NCBI GenBank assembly: GCA_903828515.1
Contig: CAIKMD010000007.1
Span: 1,208,706-1,272,705 of the forward strand
Length of the DNA: 64,000 nucleotides
Source of the DNA: an uncultured Rhodospirillales bacterium
Lineage (GTDB): Bacteria > Pseudomonadota > Alphaproteobacteria > ATCC43930 > CGMCC-115725
Reading direction: 5' to 3'
Within the stretch, counting starts at the first letter, position 1. Every line of letters begins with the position of its first letter. The notes under the pieces are model-generated. The model was given only the letters and a program-made list of their open reading frames with translations, did no database searches and was not told the DNA's origin. The position numbers were made by a program, and so were the translations under genes. Positions 21,114 to 30,529 of this stretch are shown one piece after another.

Positions 21114-21902
21114 TTAGCTCGCCAGGAATTTCTCGACCAGAGCCGCGACTTCCTCGGTCTTCTCATAGGGCAGCATGTGGCCGGTGCCCTTGATCGTCAG
21201 GGTCTTCGCATGCGGCAGGCCCTTGGCGAAATCCTCGGCATAGCGCGCCGGGATGAACGAATCCTCGGCGCCGAAGAGCGTCAGCACCGAGGCCGCGATC
21301 CGCGGCAGGCGTTTCTTGAGGCCTTTGTCCGGAATCGGCCAGGTGAATTTGGTGACCGCGGTCAGGCCCTGCGCGATGGCGATGATCCGCTCGGCCTCGT
21401 TCGGCGGCCCTTCGGCGTTGGAGCGGCGGGCGGCCAACGCATCGCGCGCCTCCTTGTCGTGCCATAGCATCGACTCGATCTGAAGATAAGGCTCGGCGAA
21501 AATGTCGGTCACCGGATAGGCGTCGTTCCACAGGCCGACCGGATTGAGCAGCGCGAGTTTCTTCGCGCGGCGCGGGAAATGCGCGGCGATCTCGGCGGCA
21601 ATCATCGCGCCGAAGGAATGGCCGACGATGGCGGTTCCTTCGAGGCCGAGATGATCGAGCAGGTCGTCGTAATCGAGCGCCAGTTCGTGGATGTTGCCGA
21701 TCTCGTCGAGTTCGGCGAGATCGCTGAACCCCGGCGCCAAGGGCGCGATCACGCGATGGTTGCGCTCGAGCGCGGCTAGGAAGGGATCGGATGCGGCAAT
21801 CCCGCCCAATCCATGCAGCCATAACAAGGTCGGTCCTGTGCCGCCGCTATAGACGCGCCAGGCACGGCCGTTCTTCAGCTTGATATTCTCACCGGTAAGC
21901 AT
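21114..21902 (-). CDS. Alpha/beta hydrolase
   Basis: 262 aa. LLWLHGLGG oxyanion region, GHSFGAMIAAE nucleophile elbow, and C-terminal GTGHMLPYE (catalytic His context). Confidence 0.85.
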   Translation of the reverse strand: MLTGENIKLKNGRAWRVYSGGTGPTLLWLHGLGGIAASDPFLAALERNHRVIAPLAPGFSDLAELDEIGNIHELALDYDDLLDHLGLEGTAIVGHSFGAMIAAEIAAHFPRRAKKLALLNPVGLWNDAYPVTDIFAEPYLQIESMLWHDKEARDALAARRSNAEGPPNEAERIIAIAQGLTAVTKFTWPIPDKGLKKRLPRIAASVLTLFGAEDSFIPARYAEDFAKGLPHAKTLTIKGTGHMLPYEKTEEVAALVEKFLAS

Positions 21903-21909
21903 GCGAGCC

Positions 21910-23148
21910 TCAGACGATCGTGGCGAGCGGCGCGGGTTCGGCGATCGAATCGAGCGTGTCTTTCGGCCACCACTTGTCTTCGTACTCGCTGAATTTGTGC
22001 CGCAGCTTCGGAATGACTTCCTTGGCGAAGCGCGTCGTGTTGTAGAGCGTCGTCTCTTTCGACATGTTGCCGTATTGGCATAGCACCATCAGATGCCCGA
22101 CATGCATCTTGTCGGTGAGATGGTCGAGTTGCTGCACGATGCTCTCGGGGCTGCCGGCGACGACATAGCCGCGATCGATCATTTCCTTCCAGGTCAGGTT
22201 CTCGACGTCCTGCCGGCGGGTCGAGCGCGCGACCATGCTTTCGATGCCCGCGCGCATGGTCGGGATCGAGGTATAGCCGGGCGGGTTGCCGAAACCGGGA
22301 TAGACGTGCAGGCACCGCGAATAGAAATAGGTCGCGGCCTCCGAATAGAGCCGCTCCGCCTCGGCGTCGTTCTCGGCACAGGCGATGAATTGCAAGAAGC
22401 CGCAGCGATAGGGATTGCGCTCCTTGCCCGCCTTGTCGACCGTCGCCCAGAACCCGTCATTGACCTTTTGGCCGGCGATGTAACCGAAATAGGAAAGGTT
22501 GGCGTAGAGGAACTCGTTGTCGACGCACCAGTCCCAGGTCTCCACGCTGCCGCCGCCGGGGATCCACACGGGTGGGTGCGGCTTTTGAATCGGGCGTGGC
22601 CAGACATTGACGTAGCGAAGCTGGGTATGTTTGCCGTTGAAGGCGAAAGGCTCGGGCTCTTCCCACGCGCGCAGGATAAGCTTCACGCCCTCGTAGTATT
22701 TTTCGCGCAACGTCGCCGGCGATTTGCCATAAGCAAAAACCGTGTCCATCGGGGTTCCCACCGGGAATCCCGCGACGAGTCTTCCGCCCGACATGCAATC
22801 GAGCATCGCCATTTCCTCGGCGACGCGGGTCGGCGGATCGTAAAGCGCGACCGAATTTCCCATCACGACGAGCTTGGCGTTTTTGGTCCGTCGCGCGAGC
22901 GCCGCCGCGATCAGGTTCGGCGAGGGCATCAGCCCATAGGCGTTCTGATGATGCTCGTTCACGCAGATGCCGTCGAACCCGACGCTGTCGGCATATTCGA
23001 GTTCGTCGAGATAGTCGTTATAGGCGCGGTGCCCGACCTTGGGGTCGAACAGGCTCGACGGAACGTCCACCCAGACCGACCGGTGGTCGTCCTTGAAGGT
23101 CTCCGGCAGCTCCGGATAGGGCATGAGGTGGAACCAATGGAATTTCAT
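21910..23148 (-). CDS. Luciferase-like (LLM class) flavin-dependent monooxygenase
   Basis: 412 aa. MKFHWFHLMPY...GFDGICVNEHHQNAYG...RVAEEMAMLDCMSGGRL are typical LLM TIM-barrel blocks. It is the first gene of the minus-strand operon. Confidence 0.85.
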   Translation of the reverse strand: MKFHWFHLMPYPELPETFKDDHRSVWVDVPSSLFDPKVGHRAYNDYLDELEYADSVGFDGICVNEHHQNAYGLMPSPNLIAAALARRTKNAKLVVMGNSVALYDPPTRVAEEMAMLDCMSGGRLVAGFPVGTPMDTVFAYGKSPATLREKYYEGVKLILRAWEEPEPFAFNGKHTQLRYVNVWPRPIQKPHPPVWIPGGGSVETWDWCVDNEFLYANLSYFGYIAGQKVNDGFWATVDKAGKERNPYRCGFLQFIACAENDAEAERLYSEAATYFYSRCLHVYPGFGNPPGYTSIPTMRAGIESMVARSTRRQDVENLTWKEMIDRGYVVAGSPESIVQQLDHLTDKMHVGHLMVLCQYGNMSKETTLYNTTRFAKEVIPKLRHKFSEYEDKWWPKDTLDSIAEPAPLATIV

Positions 23149-23266
23149 GTGTTTTCTTCCTCCCTCGGCACGAATTATTCCGGCATCATGGCATCAATAA
23201 GCGACCGGCTAAAGGGCTTCGTTGCCGTGCGCGGCCGGGCTATGCTCGCGTCAACAGGAGGATGCC

Positions 23267-24490
23267 ATGGCGATCACCGAAGGCGGACAGCAGGACAAGG
23301 CGCGCGTGGGGATTCCGGCATCCGCGCGCGAAGCGATGGAAAAGCTCAATGCCGATGCCGGCCAGTTCAACATCTGGCTGCGCACTCAGGCCAATGCGCC
23401 GGCACAGCTTCCGTGGTTCCGCGATACCGAAATCGGCGCGGCGGGGCAGGTCGCGGGCGGCCGGGTCGGCACCGCGCAGTTGAAGGCCTCGGCGCATCGC
23501 TGGCGCTGGAAGGAAATCTCGCCCTATCTCCTGCGCATCGCCGAGATCGCGCGCGACGCCGATGTGCCGCCGATCGAATTCGCCGACCGCCAGCAATTCC
23601 TGCTCACCAACCCCGGCCTCGGCGGTCGGCTGCAGGTCACGACGACGATCCGTTGCGCGATTTCGATCTATAATGGCGGCGACGTGGCGCCGGTTCACGT
23701 TCACGCGCCGAATGCGAGCCGTACCATCCTGTCGGAGAAGGGTGGCTACACCACCATCGAAGGCGAGCGCTGCATCGCCGAGCGCGGCGATCTCATCCTG
23801 ACGCCGAACGGCACCTGGCACGATCACGGCAACGAGGATGCGGAGCCGGTCATGTGGGCCGACATTCTCGATTTCCCCCTACTCGAATATCTCGATTGTA
23901 ACTGGCTCGACGATAAATTTACCGGCGCGATGGAAGGCAACGCGCGCGCGCAAGCGCCGGTTCACGAGGTCGGCTATTCGCATAAGCTCTACGGCAAGGG
24001 CGGCATGCTGCCGTCGTTCGTCTCGCATCAGCGCGGTTTCGGCCACGGCACGTCGCCGGTGTTCCAATATCGCGGCAAGGAAATCCGTCAGACCCTCGAT
24101 GCGCTACGCAGCGAGGCCGGCGATCCCTATGAAGGCATCACCCTGCGCTTCGTCAATCCGGCGACCGGTGCGCCAATTTTCCCGACCCTCGACTATTCGG
24201 CGCAGTTGTTGCGCCCCGGCGAAGAGACGCGGTGGAAGCGCGAGACCTCGAACATTTTTTATATCGTACTCGACGGCAGCGGCGTAACCGAAGTCGGCGG
24301 CAAGCGTTATGAGTGGGAACGCAACGACGCAGTCGTGGTGCCGAACTTCCTGTGGCGCCGCCACATCAACACCGGCAAGACCGATGCCGTGCTCTATGCC
24401 GTGTCGGATTGGCCGCTGTTCGAGAAGATCGGCCAGTATCGCGCGCAGGGCCGCAAGCCCGACGGTAGCGTCGAACAATTGATCGCTTAA
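23267..24490 (+). CDS. Gentisate 1,2-dioxygenase-like bicupin
   Basis: GDVAPVHVHAPNASRTIL...GDLILTPNGTWHDHGNE resembles the GDO metal-binding cupin, and a second cupin lies near the C-terminus. The start was moved to the ATG preceded by AGGAGG (23254-23259). It is divergent from the LLM operon. Confidence 0.75.
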   Translation: MAITEGGQQDKARVGIPASAREAMEKLNADAGQFNIWLRTQANAPAQLPWFRDTEIGAAGQVAGGRVGTAQLKASAHRWRWKEISPYLLRIAEIARDADVPPIEFADRQQFLLTNPGLGGRLQVTTTIRCAISIYNGGDVAPVHVHAPNASRTILSEKGGYTTIEGERCIAERGDLILTPNGTWHDHGNEDAEPVMWADILDFPLLEYLDCNWLDDKFTGAMEGNARAQAPVHEVGYSHKLYGKGGMLPSFVSHQRGFGHGTSPVFQYRGKEIRQTLDALRSEAGDPYEGITLRFVNPATGAPIFPTLDYSAQLLRPGEETRWKRETSNIFYIVLDGSGVTEVGGKRYEWERNDAVVVPNFLWRRHINTGKTDAVLYAVSDWPLFEKIGQYRAQGRKPDGSVEQLIA

Positions 24491-24506
24491 GCGGCGCATC
24501 GCGGAC

Positions 24507-25283
24507 GTGCTGGCTTTCATCGCTCGGCGGATCGCGGCCTCGCGCGCCTGGCGCTATTGGCTAGGCAAGCTCAGCAATCAGCCGGGCTTTCAGCCGATCT
24601 ACGATATTCTCGTCGAACGGATGAGTGCGGCGATGCGGGGCCTGCGCGCGGCGGGTTACGTCCCCGATGCCGTTGTCGATGTCGGCGCGCATAGCGGCGA
24701 ATGGACCAAGCTCGCCCTGCCGTGTTTTCCGAATGCGCGGTTCCTGATGATCGAGGCGCAACCGGAAAAGGAATCCCTGTTGCGACAGGTGCAGGCGAGC
24801 GCGCCGGCGCGGATCGATTATGCGATCGCGCTGCTCGGCGCCGAGAGCCGCGCGAGTGCCGAATTCTTCCTCGCCGATCTCGGCTCGTCGCTCTACGTCG
24901 AGAACACGGCCGTCGTGGCGCGTCGCGTCGACCTGCCGATGCTGACCCTCGACGAGGTGCTGGCGCGTGAGGGTGTGCTGGGCCGGATTTTCCTGAAGCT
25001 CGACGTTCAGGGTGCGGAACTCGACGTGCTGGCCGGCGCGGTGGCCACGCTGGCGCGCACCGATGCGATCCTGCTCGAAGCCTCGGTGGTCGAATACAAC
25101 AAGGGTGCGCCGCGCGTCGCCGAGGTGATCGGCCGCCTGAAAGCGCTCGATTTTCTGCTGTATGATGTCTGCGATTTGCGGCGGATCGGGCCGGTTCTGG
25201 CGCAGACCGATCTGCTCTTCGTGCGGGCGGGATCAGCGCTCGAATCCCACGCGCGCGGGGTGATCGCCCACTACGGAATCTAG
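24507..25283 (+). CDS. FkbM family methyltransferase
   Basis: VVDVGAHSGEWT (motif I of the FkbM family) plus ...LKLDVQGAELDVLAGA..., the family-typical C-terminal block. The GTG start is uncertain. Confidence 0.75.
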   Translation: MLAFIARRIAASRAWRYWLGKLSNQPGFQPIYDILVERMSAAMRGLRAAGYVPDAVVDVGAHSGEWTKLALPCFPNARFLMIEAQPEKESLLRQVQASAPARIDYAIALLGAESRASAEFFLADLGSSLYVENTAVVARRVDLPMLTLDEVLAREGVLGRIFLKLDVQGAELDVLAGAVATLARTDAILLEASVVEYNKGAPRVAEVIGRLKALDFLLYDVCDLRRIGPVLAQTDLLFVRAGSALESHARGVIAHYGI

Positions 25284-25350
25284 GTCTTGAGCGGCCGGTT
25301 TTTTGCCGCTATCGGATAGCGACCATAGCGGTCGGAACGGGACGGAAAAG

Positions 25351-27705
25351 ATGGACGGATCGGCGGACGAAGCCACTCTGGCGCTCGAAAAATTCGGGAT
25401 CGGACAGCCGGTGCTCCGGGTCGAGGATCCGAAGCTTTTGCGCGGCGAGGGCCGCTATACCGACGATTTCAGCTTTCCCGGACAAGCTCATGCCGTGATG
25501 GTACGCAGCGGCCATGCGCACGGCACGGTCGTCAAAATCGGCACCGAAGCGGCGCGCGCGATGCCGGGCGTTCTCGCCGTCTACACCGCGGCCGATCTCG
25601 CGGCCGGCGGCGTTGTTGCGCTCAAATGCGGCATGACGGTTCAAGGTCGCGACGGCAAGCCGTGGCTCTCGCCGGTGCGGCCCGTCTTAGCGGGCGAGAA
25701 GGTTCGCTTCGCGGGCGAGGCGGTCGCTTTCGTTGTCGCCGAAACCGCGGCGCAAGCCAAGGACGCGGCCGAGGTCGTCGAGGTCGAGATCGATCCGTTG
25801 CCGGCAGCGCCCTGGGTGGCCGATGCGATCAAAGCAGGCGCGCCGCAGATTCACGACGGCGTGCCGGGCAATATCGCGGTCGACTACCACTGGGGCGATA
25901 GCGCCAAGGTTGCCGAGGCTTTCGCCAAGGCGGCGCATGTCACCACGCTGAGCCTCGTCAGCAATCGAGTCGTCATCAATCCGCTTGAGCCGCGCTCGGC
26001 GGTTGGACAATTCGATCCGGCCACCGGTCGCTACACGCTTCAGGTCTGCAGCCAGGGTGTGTTCGGCATGAAGGGCGGCACGGCCAACGCGCTCGGCGCG
26101 GCGCCCGACAAGATGCGCGTGCTGACCGATAATGTCGGCGGCTCGTTTGGCATGAAGAGCCAGGTCTTTCCGGAAAATGTCTGCGTGCTGTTCGCCGCGA
26201 AGGCGTTGGGCCGTCCGGTCAAATGGACCGACGAACGCTCGGAGAGCTTCTTGTCCGATCATCACGGCCGCGATCACGAGATGACCGGCGAATTGGCGCT
26301 CGACGCGCAAGGCACGATTCTCGCGCTACGCCTGACCGGTCACGGCAATGCCGGTGCCTATCCGATCGTGCCGCTGCCCTATACCGTCAACGCGGTGAAG
26401 AACGTGATCGGCGTCTATCGCACGCCGCTGCTCGAGGTGAACACCAAAGGCGTCTACACCAACTCGACGCCGGTCGGGGCCTATCGCGGCGCCGGACGCC
26501 CCGAAGGCAATTATTATATGGAGCGGCTGCTCGATACCGCCGCCGCCGAGATGAAGCTCGATAAGCTCGAACTGCGCCGGCGCAATCACATCGCGTCGTC
26601 GGCGATGCCTTACAAGGCGCCGTCCGACATGCTCTATGACAGCGGCGAATTCACCGCGGTCATGGACGAGGCGATCGAGACCTCGGACTATAAAGGCTTC
26701 GAGAAGCGTAAGCAGGACAGCAAGGGGCGCGGCAAAGTTCGCGGCCTTGGCCTCGGTTCCTATCTCGAAGTGACCGCGCCGCAAGGCAAGGAGATGGGCG
26801 GCATCCGCTTCGACGCCGACGGTGGTGTCACGATCGTCACCGGCACGCTCGACTACGGCCAGGGCCATCACGCGCCTTTCGCCCAGGTCCTCGTGTCGCA
26901 ACTCGGCATTCCGTTCGACCGTATTCGCCTGTTGCAGGGCGACAGCGACGAGTTGCTGTTCGGCGGCGGCACCGGCGGTTCGCGCTCGATCATGTCGAGC
27001 GGGGCGGCGCTGGTGAAGGCGAGCGAGCAGGTGATCGAGCAGGGCAAGCAGTTGGCCGGTGTGGTCCTCGAAGCCGCGCCTGCCGATATCGAGTTCGGCA
27101 AGGGACGCTTCACGATCGCCGGTACCGACCGCTCGATCGGTCTGATGGAACTCGCCGACCGGCTGCGCAAGGGTCTGAAACTGCCGACGGACATGAAGCC
27201 GACGCTCGACGTCAATCTGGTGGCCGACTCGCCGCCCTCGGCCTTTCCGAATGGTTGTCATGTTGCCGAAGTCGAACTCGATCCCGATACCGGCGTGATC
27301 GAGGTGGTGAAATACTCGATGGTTAACGATTTCGGCATCATCGTGAACCCGCTGACGGTCGAAGGTCAGTCCCATGGCGGCGTCATGCAGGGTATCGGCC
27401 AGGCGCTGATGGAGCGCACCTATTACGATACGGACGGGCAGTTGCTCTCCGGTTCGTTCATGGATTACGCGATGCCGCGCGCCGACAACGCGCCCAATTT
27501 CCGCATCACCAATCACCCCGTTCCGGCCACCACCAATCCTTTGGGCGTTAAGGGCTGTGGCGAGGCCGGTTGCGCCGGTTCACTGCCCGCGGTGATGAAC
27601 GCGGTGCTCGATGCGCTGTCGTCGTTCGGCATCCGGCATATCGACATGCCGGCAACGCCCGAGCGCGTCTGGCGCGCCATTCAGGACGCGCGCGCGCCGG
27701 CCTGA
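25351..27705 (+). CDS. Xanthine dehydrogenase/aldehyde oxidase family molybdopterin-binding subunit, form-II CoxL-like
   Basis: N-terminal [22 protein letters not shown], the active-site loop GAYRGAGR (26479-26499) and the C-terminal GVKGCGEAG motif. The start was set at Met 17 of the ORF (MDGSADE). Confidence 0.88.
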   Translation: MDGSADEATLALEKFGIGQPVLRVEDPKLLRGEGRYTDDFSFPGQAHAVMVRSGHAHGTVVKIGTEAARAMPGVLAVYTAADLAAGGVVALKCGMTVQGRDGKPWLSPVRPVLAGEKVRFAGEAVAFVVAETAAQAKDAAEVVEVEIDPLPAAPWVADAIKAGAPQIHDGVPGNIAVDYHWGDSAKVAEAFAKAAHVTTLSLVSNRVVINPLEPRSAVGQFDPATGRYTLQVCSQGVFGMKGGTANALGAAPDKMRVLTDNVGGSFGMKSQVFPENVCVLFAAKALGRPVKWTDERSESFLSDHHGRDHEMTGELALDAQGTILALRLTGHGNAGAYPIVPLPYTVNAVKNVIGVYRTPLLEVNTKGVYTNSTPVGAYRGAGRPEGNYYMERLLDTAAAEMKLDKLELRRRNHIASSAMPYKAPSDMLYDSGEFTAVMDEAIETSDYKGFEKRKQDSKGRGKVRGLGLGSYLEVTAPQGKEMGGIRFDADGGVTIVTGTLDYGQGHHAPFAQVLVSQLGIPFDRIRLLQGDSDELLFGGGTGGSRSIMSSGAALVKASEQVIEQGKQLAGVVLEAAPADIEFGKGRFTIAGTDRSIGLMELADRLRKGLKLPTDMKPTLDVNLVADSPPSAFPNGCHVAEVELDPDTGVIEVVKYSMVNDFGIIVNPLTVEGQSHGGVMQGIGQALMERTYYDTDGQLLSGSFMDYAMPRADNAPNFRITNHPVPATTNPLGVKGCGEAGCAGSLPAVMNAVLDALSSFGIRHIDMPATPERVWRAIQDARAPA

Positions 27706-27853
27706 TCCGCGACGCGCGACGGTTAACGCGCATAAGCCATAACTATCGGATATTACAGCGCATTCAGCACGTTGCTGATCTGCGCCTTCACGCTTTCTTA
27801 AAGCCTTGAGGGCCAAATAAACAAATATCGGCAAATTCTACCGGGTCCCCTCA

Positions 27854-28366
27854 ATGAAACTTCTCCGTGGTTTTTTATCGCGACTCGCGCGCCATAACGC
27901 GGGTATCAGCACGGTCTAGTTTGCGCTGCTCGCGCCGACCTTCGCTCTGCTGATCTGCGTCAGCATCGATTTCGGCCTGACCATGTTGACGCAATCGACG
28001 CTCGACAACGCGGCACGCGACGCTTCGCGGCTGATCATGACCGGACAGATCCAGACGGCGGGCGGTTCCGCCGCGCCGTTCACGGCGAAGCTGTGCGCCG
28101 AGATCGGCACGCTGATCCCCTGCGCGAGCATCCAGTACAACGTGCAATCGGCGACCACCTTCGCGGCGCTGAACGGGACGGTCACGCCCAACGCCGGCGG
28201 CAACATGAGCAGCCAAGGCTTCTCGCCCGGTGTTTCGGGCTCGGATGTGCTGGTGCAGGTCGGTTACAGCCGCACGACGCTCATCCCCTGGGTCGGACAG
28301 TATTACGGCTCCGGCGGCAAGATCCTGGTCGTTTCAACCGTCGCTTTTCAGAATGATCCCTACTGA
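27854..28366 (+). pseudogene. TadE-like pseudopilin gene interrupted by an in-frame TAG at the invariant Glu codon
   Basis: The ATG at 27854 gives MKLLRGFLSRLARHNAGISTV, then TAG (27917-27919). The same frame continues FALLAPTFALLICVSIDFGL... into ORF 27983..28366. The canonical TadE/Flp motif is G-xxxx-E-F-A-L, and the stop replaces the E. Confidence 0.65.
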
Positions 28367-28893
28367 TGTTGAACAAACTCCGCTCCCTCTATCACGACCA
28401 AAGCGGCATGGGCATCGTCGAGTTTGCCCTGCTGGTCCCGCTGATGCTGTCGATGCTGCTCGGTGGTTTCGAGGTCACCCAGGTGGTCGGCGCCAATCTT
28501 CGCGTCGGCGTGGCTGCGCAAACGATGGCCGAACTGATCTCGCAGCAGACCGCCGTCACGACGACGACGCTGGCGAATTTCTGCAAGGGCGCGCAACTCG
28601 TCATGACGCCGTTCTCGTCGACGCCGCTCAAGATCGCGGTTGCGAGCGTCACCAACAACAACAACACCAATTCGGTCGACTGGACCTACACGACTTGCGG
28701 TAGCGCCAGCGCGATCACCAATGCCGCCAGTCTCGCTGATCCGATGATCCCGAATGACGGCGACAGCGTGATCGTGGTCAAGGCGTCCTACAGCTACTCG
28801 GGTGTGACGTATTTCGCGCTCGCGTCGGCATACAGCCTGACCGAGACGAGCTTCGCGCGCCCGCGCAACATCACGCAAGTCGCCCTTAACTAG
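28366..28893 (+). CDS. TadE/TadF-like pseudopilin
   Basis: N-terminus SGMGIVEFALLVPLMLSMLLGGFEV is the intact G-xxxx-EFAL prepilin-like motif followed by a TM helix. Confidence 0.8.
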   Translation: MLNKLRSLYHDQSGMGIVEFALLVPLMLSMLLGGFEVTQVVGANLRVGVAAQTMAELISQQTAVTTTTLANFCKGAQLVMTPFSSTPLKIAVASVTNNNNTNSVDWTYTTCGSASAITNAASLADPMIPNDGDSVIVVKASYSYSGVTYFALASAYSLTETSFARPRNITQVALN

Positions 28894-28921
28894 CGTGCCG
28901 TCCGTACAACCCGAGGTTCAT

Positions 28922-29944
28922 ATGCGCCGCTTGTTTTCGTTTGCGAACATTCTCTCCCGGCTCTTCGGCGAATCGAGGGGCAGCATCAGCGTCGTTTTCG
29001 GCCTGATGCTGGTCCCGACGACGCTGGCGATCGGCGCCGGTGTCGATTTTTCGCGCGCGCTTCAGCTCAAGAGCCAGATGCAGTCGGCGGTCGACGCGGC
29101 TGCCCTGGCCGGTGCGAGCGCCTATAAGGACGCCAACTCCGGGACTTCGGCAACGACGACGGCGACCAACTATATGAAGTCGGCGATCACCAACATGACC
29201 ACCAATCTCGGCGTGACCTACACGACCGTGCCATCGACGAAGGCGATCAGCGGTTCCACCACCGGCTATATGATGACGGTGACGGCTACTTCCTCTTTGA
29301 AGCCGACGCTATTGGGATTGTTCATGAGCGGGATCAACGTCTCGGTCTCGGCCCAGGCCGAGAATCCGATCGTGACCGCGACGGTCAATCTGGCCAATTT
29401 CTCCAGCAGCGCCTGCGACACCAACACGATCTATTATTACTATGTTCCGTCCGACGGCAGCACGCCGGCGAACTCGGATCTGGTTCAGCTTTACATCAAC
29501 ACGTCGACGCCCAACGTCAAGAATGTCAGCTTCCAGATTTCGGCGAGCAAGCAGATCGGTTTCGTGCTCAAGAACGTGACCGGTGGCCAATGCGGCTATG
29601 GCACCAACGGCTATGGCGGCAAACAGGGCAGCACGCATTACTTCTATTCGCAGTACAACCCGCCCAGCACGATCGCCTATCCCTCGACCACCAAGAACTG
29701 TGCGCTACAGGTGCTGAGCGTTCCGTCGAGCGGCAAGCTGCCGACGCCCGCGTCGGGAAGCTGTTACACGGCGGCCTTCGTCGGCGCGGCGCCGAGCTGC
29801 TCGCAGCTCTCGGGTCAGAGTTTCGAATATGCCTGGAACGACATGGGCGGCACGTCGGACGACCATGACTACAACGACGCGATTTACAGCTTTTCCTGCT
29901 CGGCGACGGACAGCACCAACGCTGTCGTGTTCCTGACCAACTAA
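28922..29944 (+). CDS. TadG-like putative pilus-assembly protein with Ser/Thr-rich middle and Cys-containing C-terminal domain
   Basis: N-terminus RGSISVVFGLMLVPTTLAIGAGVDFSRA matches the TadG N-terminal (Tad/pilus-assembly) motif. The start was set at the ATG (MRRLF) rather than the upstream GTG. Confidence 0.7.
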   Translation: MRRLFSFANILSRLFGESRGSISVVFGLMLVPTTLAIGAGVDFSRALQLKSQMQSAVDAAALAGASAYKDANSGTSATTTATNYMKSAITNMTTNLGVTYTTVPSTKAISGSTTGYMMTVTATSSLKPTLLGLFMSGINVSVSAQAENPIVTATVNLANFSSSACDTNTIYYYYVPSDGSTPANSDLVQLYINTSTPNVKNVSFQISASKQIGFVLKNVTGGQCGYGTNGYGGKQGSTHYFYSQYNPPSTIAYPSTTKNCALQVLSVPSSGKLPTPASGSCYTAAFVGAAPSCSQLSGQSFEYAWNDMGGTSDDHDYNDAIYSFSCSATDSTNAVVFLTN

Positions 29945-29956
29945 CCGTCGCTGGGG

Positions 29957-30400
29957 TCAGGCTTCACATTTCGTTGCCCCGGTCGCATCGGACAGACTGG
30001 CGACGATATCGCCCGGAATCGGCGCGCTCTTGATGCGGCCTTTTTCGGTCGGGTGGGGGACGACCCAGACCCGTTTCTCGAAGCCTTCGACCGCCAGCTT
30101 GCCGTCCTTCATCATCCGATGCTGGACGGTGAAGCTGCTTTGTCCCCACTCGCTCACGCCCGATTCGCAGACGAGATCGTCGCCCCAACGCGACGGAATG
30201 ATGAAGCGCGCCCGCGCGTCGATTAGCGGCGTGCCGACCGAGCCATGCTTGTCCCAGAGCGCCCGCATGGTGAGGCCGGTGCGGCCGAACAGGGAGAAGG
30301 TGCAAGCATCGAACCACGCGTAATAGCGCGGGTAGAAGACGATCCCGGCGGCGTCGCAATCGCCCCATTCGACGTGCAACGCGCGGCTGTTGATGAGCAT
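29957..30400 (-). CDS. Acyl-CoA thioesterase, 4HBT/YbgC-like hotdog fold
   Basis: VEWGDCDAAGIVFYPRYYAWFDACT is the typical 4HBT-type N-terminal catalytic Asp context. Start set at the internal Met (MLINS); the longer ORF-table N-terminus is Arg-rich and non-protein-like. Confidence 0.8.
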   Translation of the reverse strand: MLINSRALHVEWGDCDAAGIVFYPRYYAWFDACTFSLFGRTGLTMRALWDKHGSVGTPLIDARARFIIPSRWGDDLVCESGVSEWGQSSFTVQHRMMKDGKLAVEGFEKRVWVVPHPTEKGRIKSAPIPGDIVASLSDATGATKCEA

Positions 30401-30529
30401 CGGTGGAACTCTCCTGCGGCGTGGACGTTGGGCCCTGGTGTTCCCGTGATAGTACAATCGGGGACGAGAACGGGCTATCCTTGGGCTCGAGACGTCACTG
30501 GATAAGCCGCGAAGCGGCGCACGGGACCG

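Noticed and set aside
25284-25350. AGCGGC-cggtttttt-GCCGCT hairpin after the FkbM gene, considered as a terminator.
   Set aside because: The T run is inside the loop rather than after the stem, so it does not fit an intrinsic terminator. No feature is claimed.
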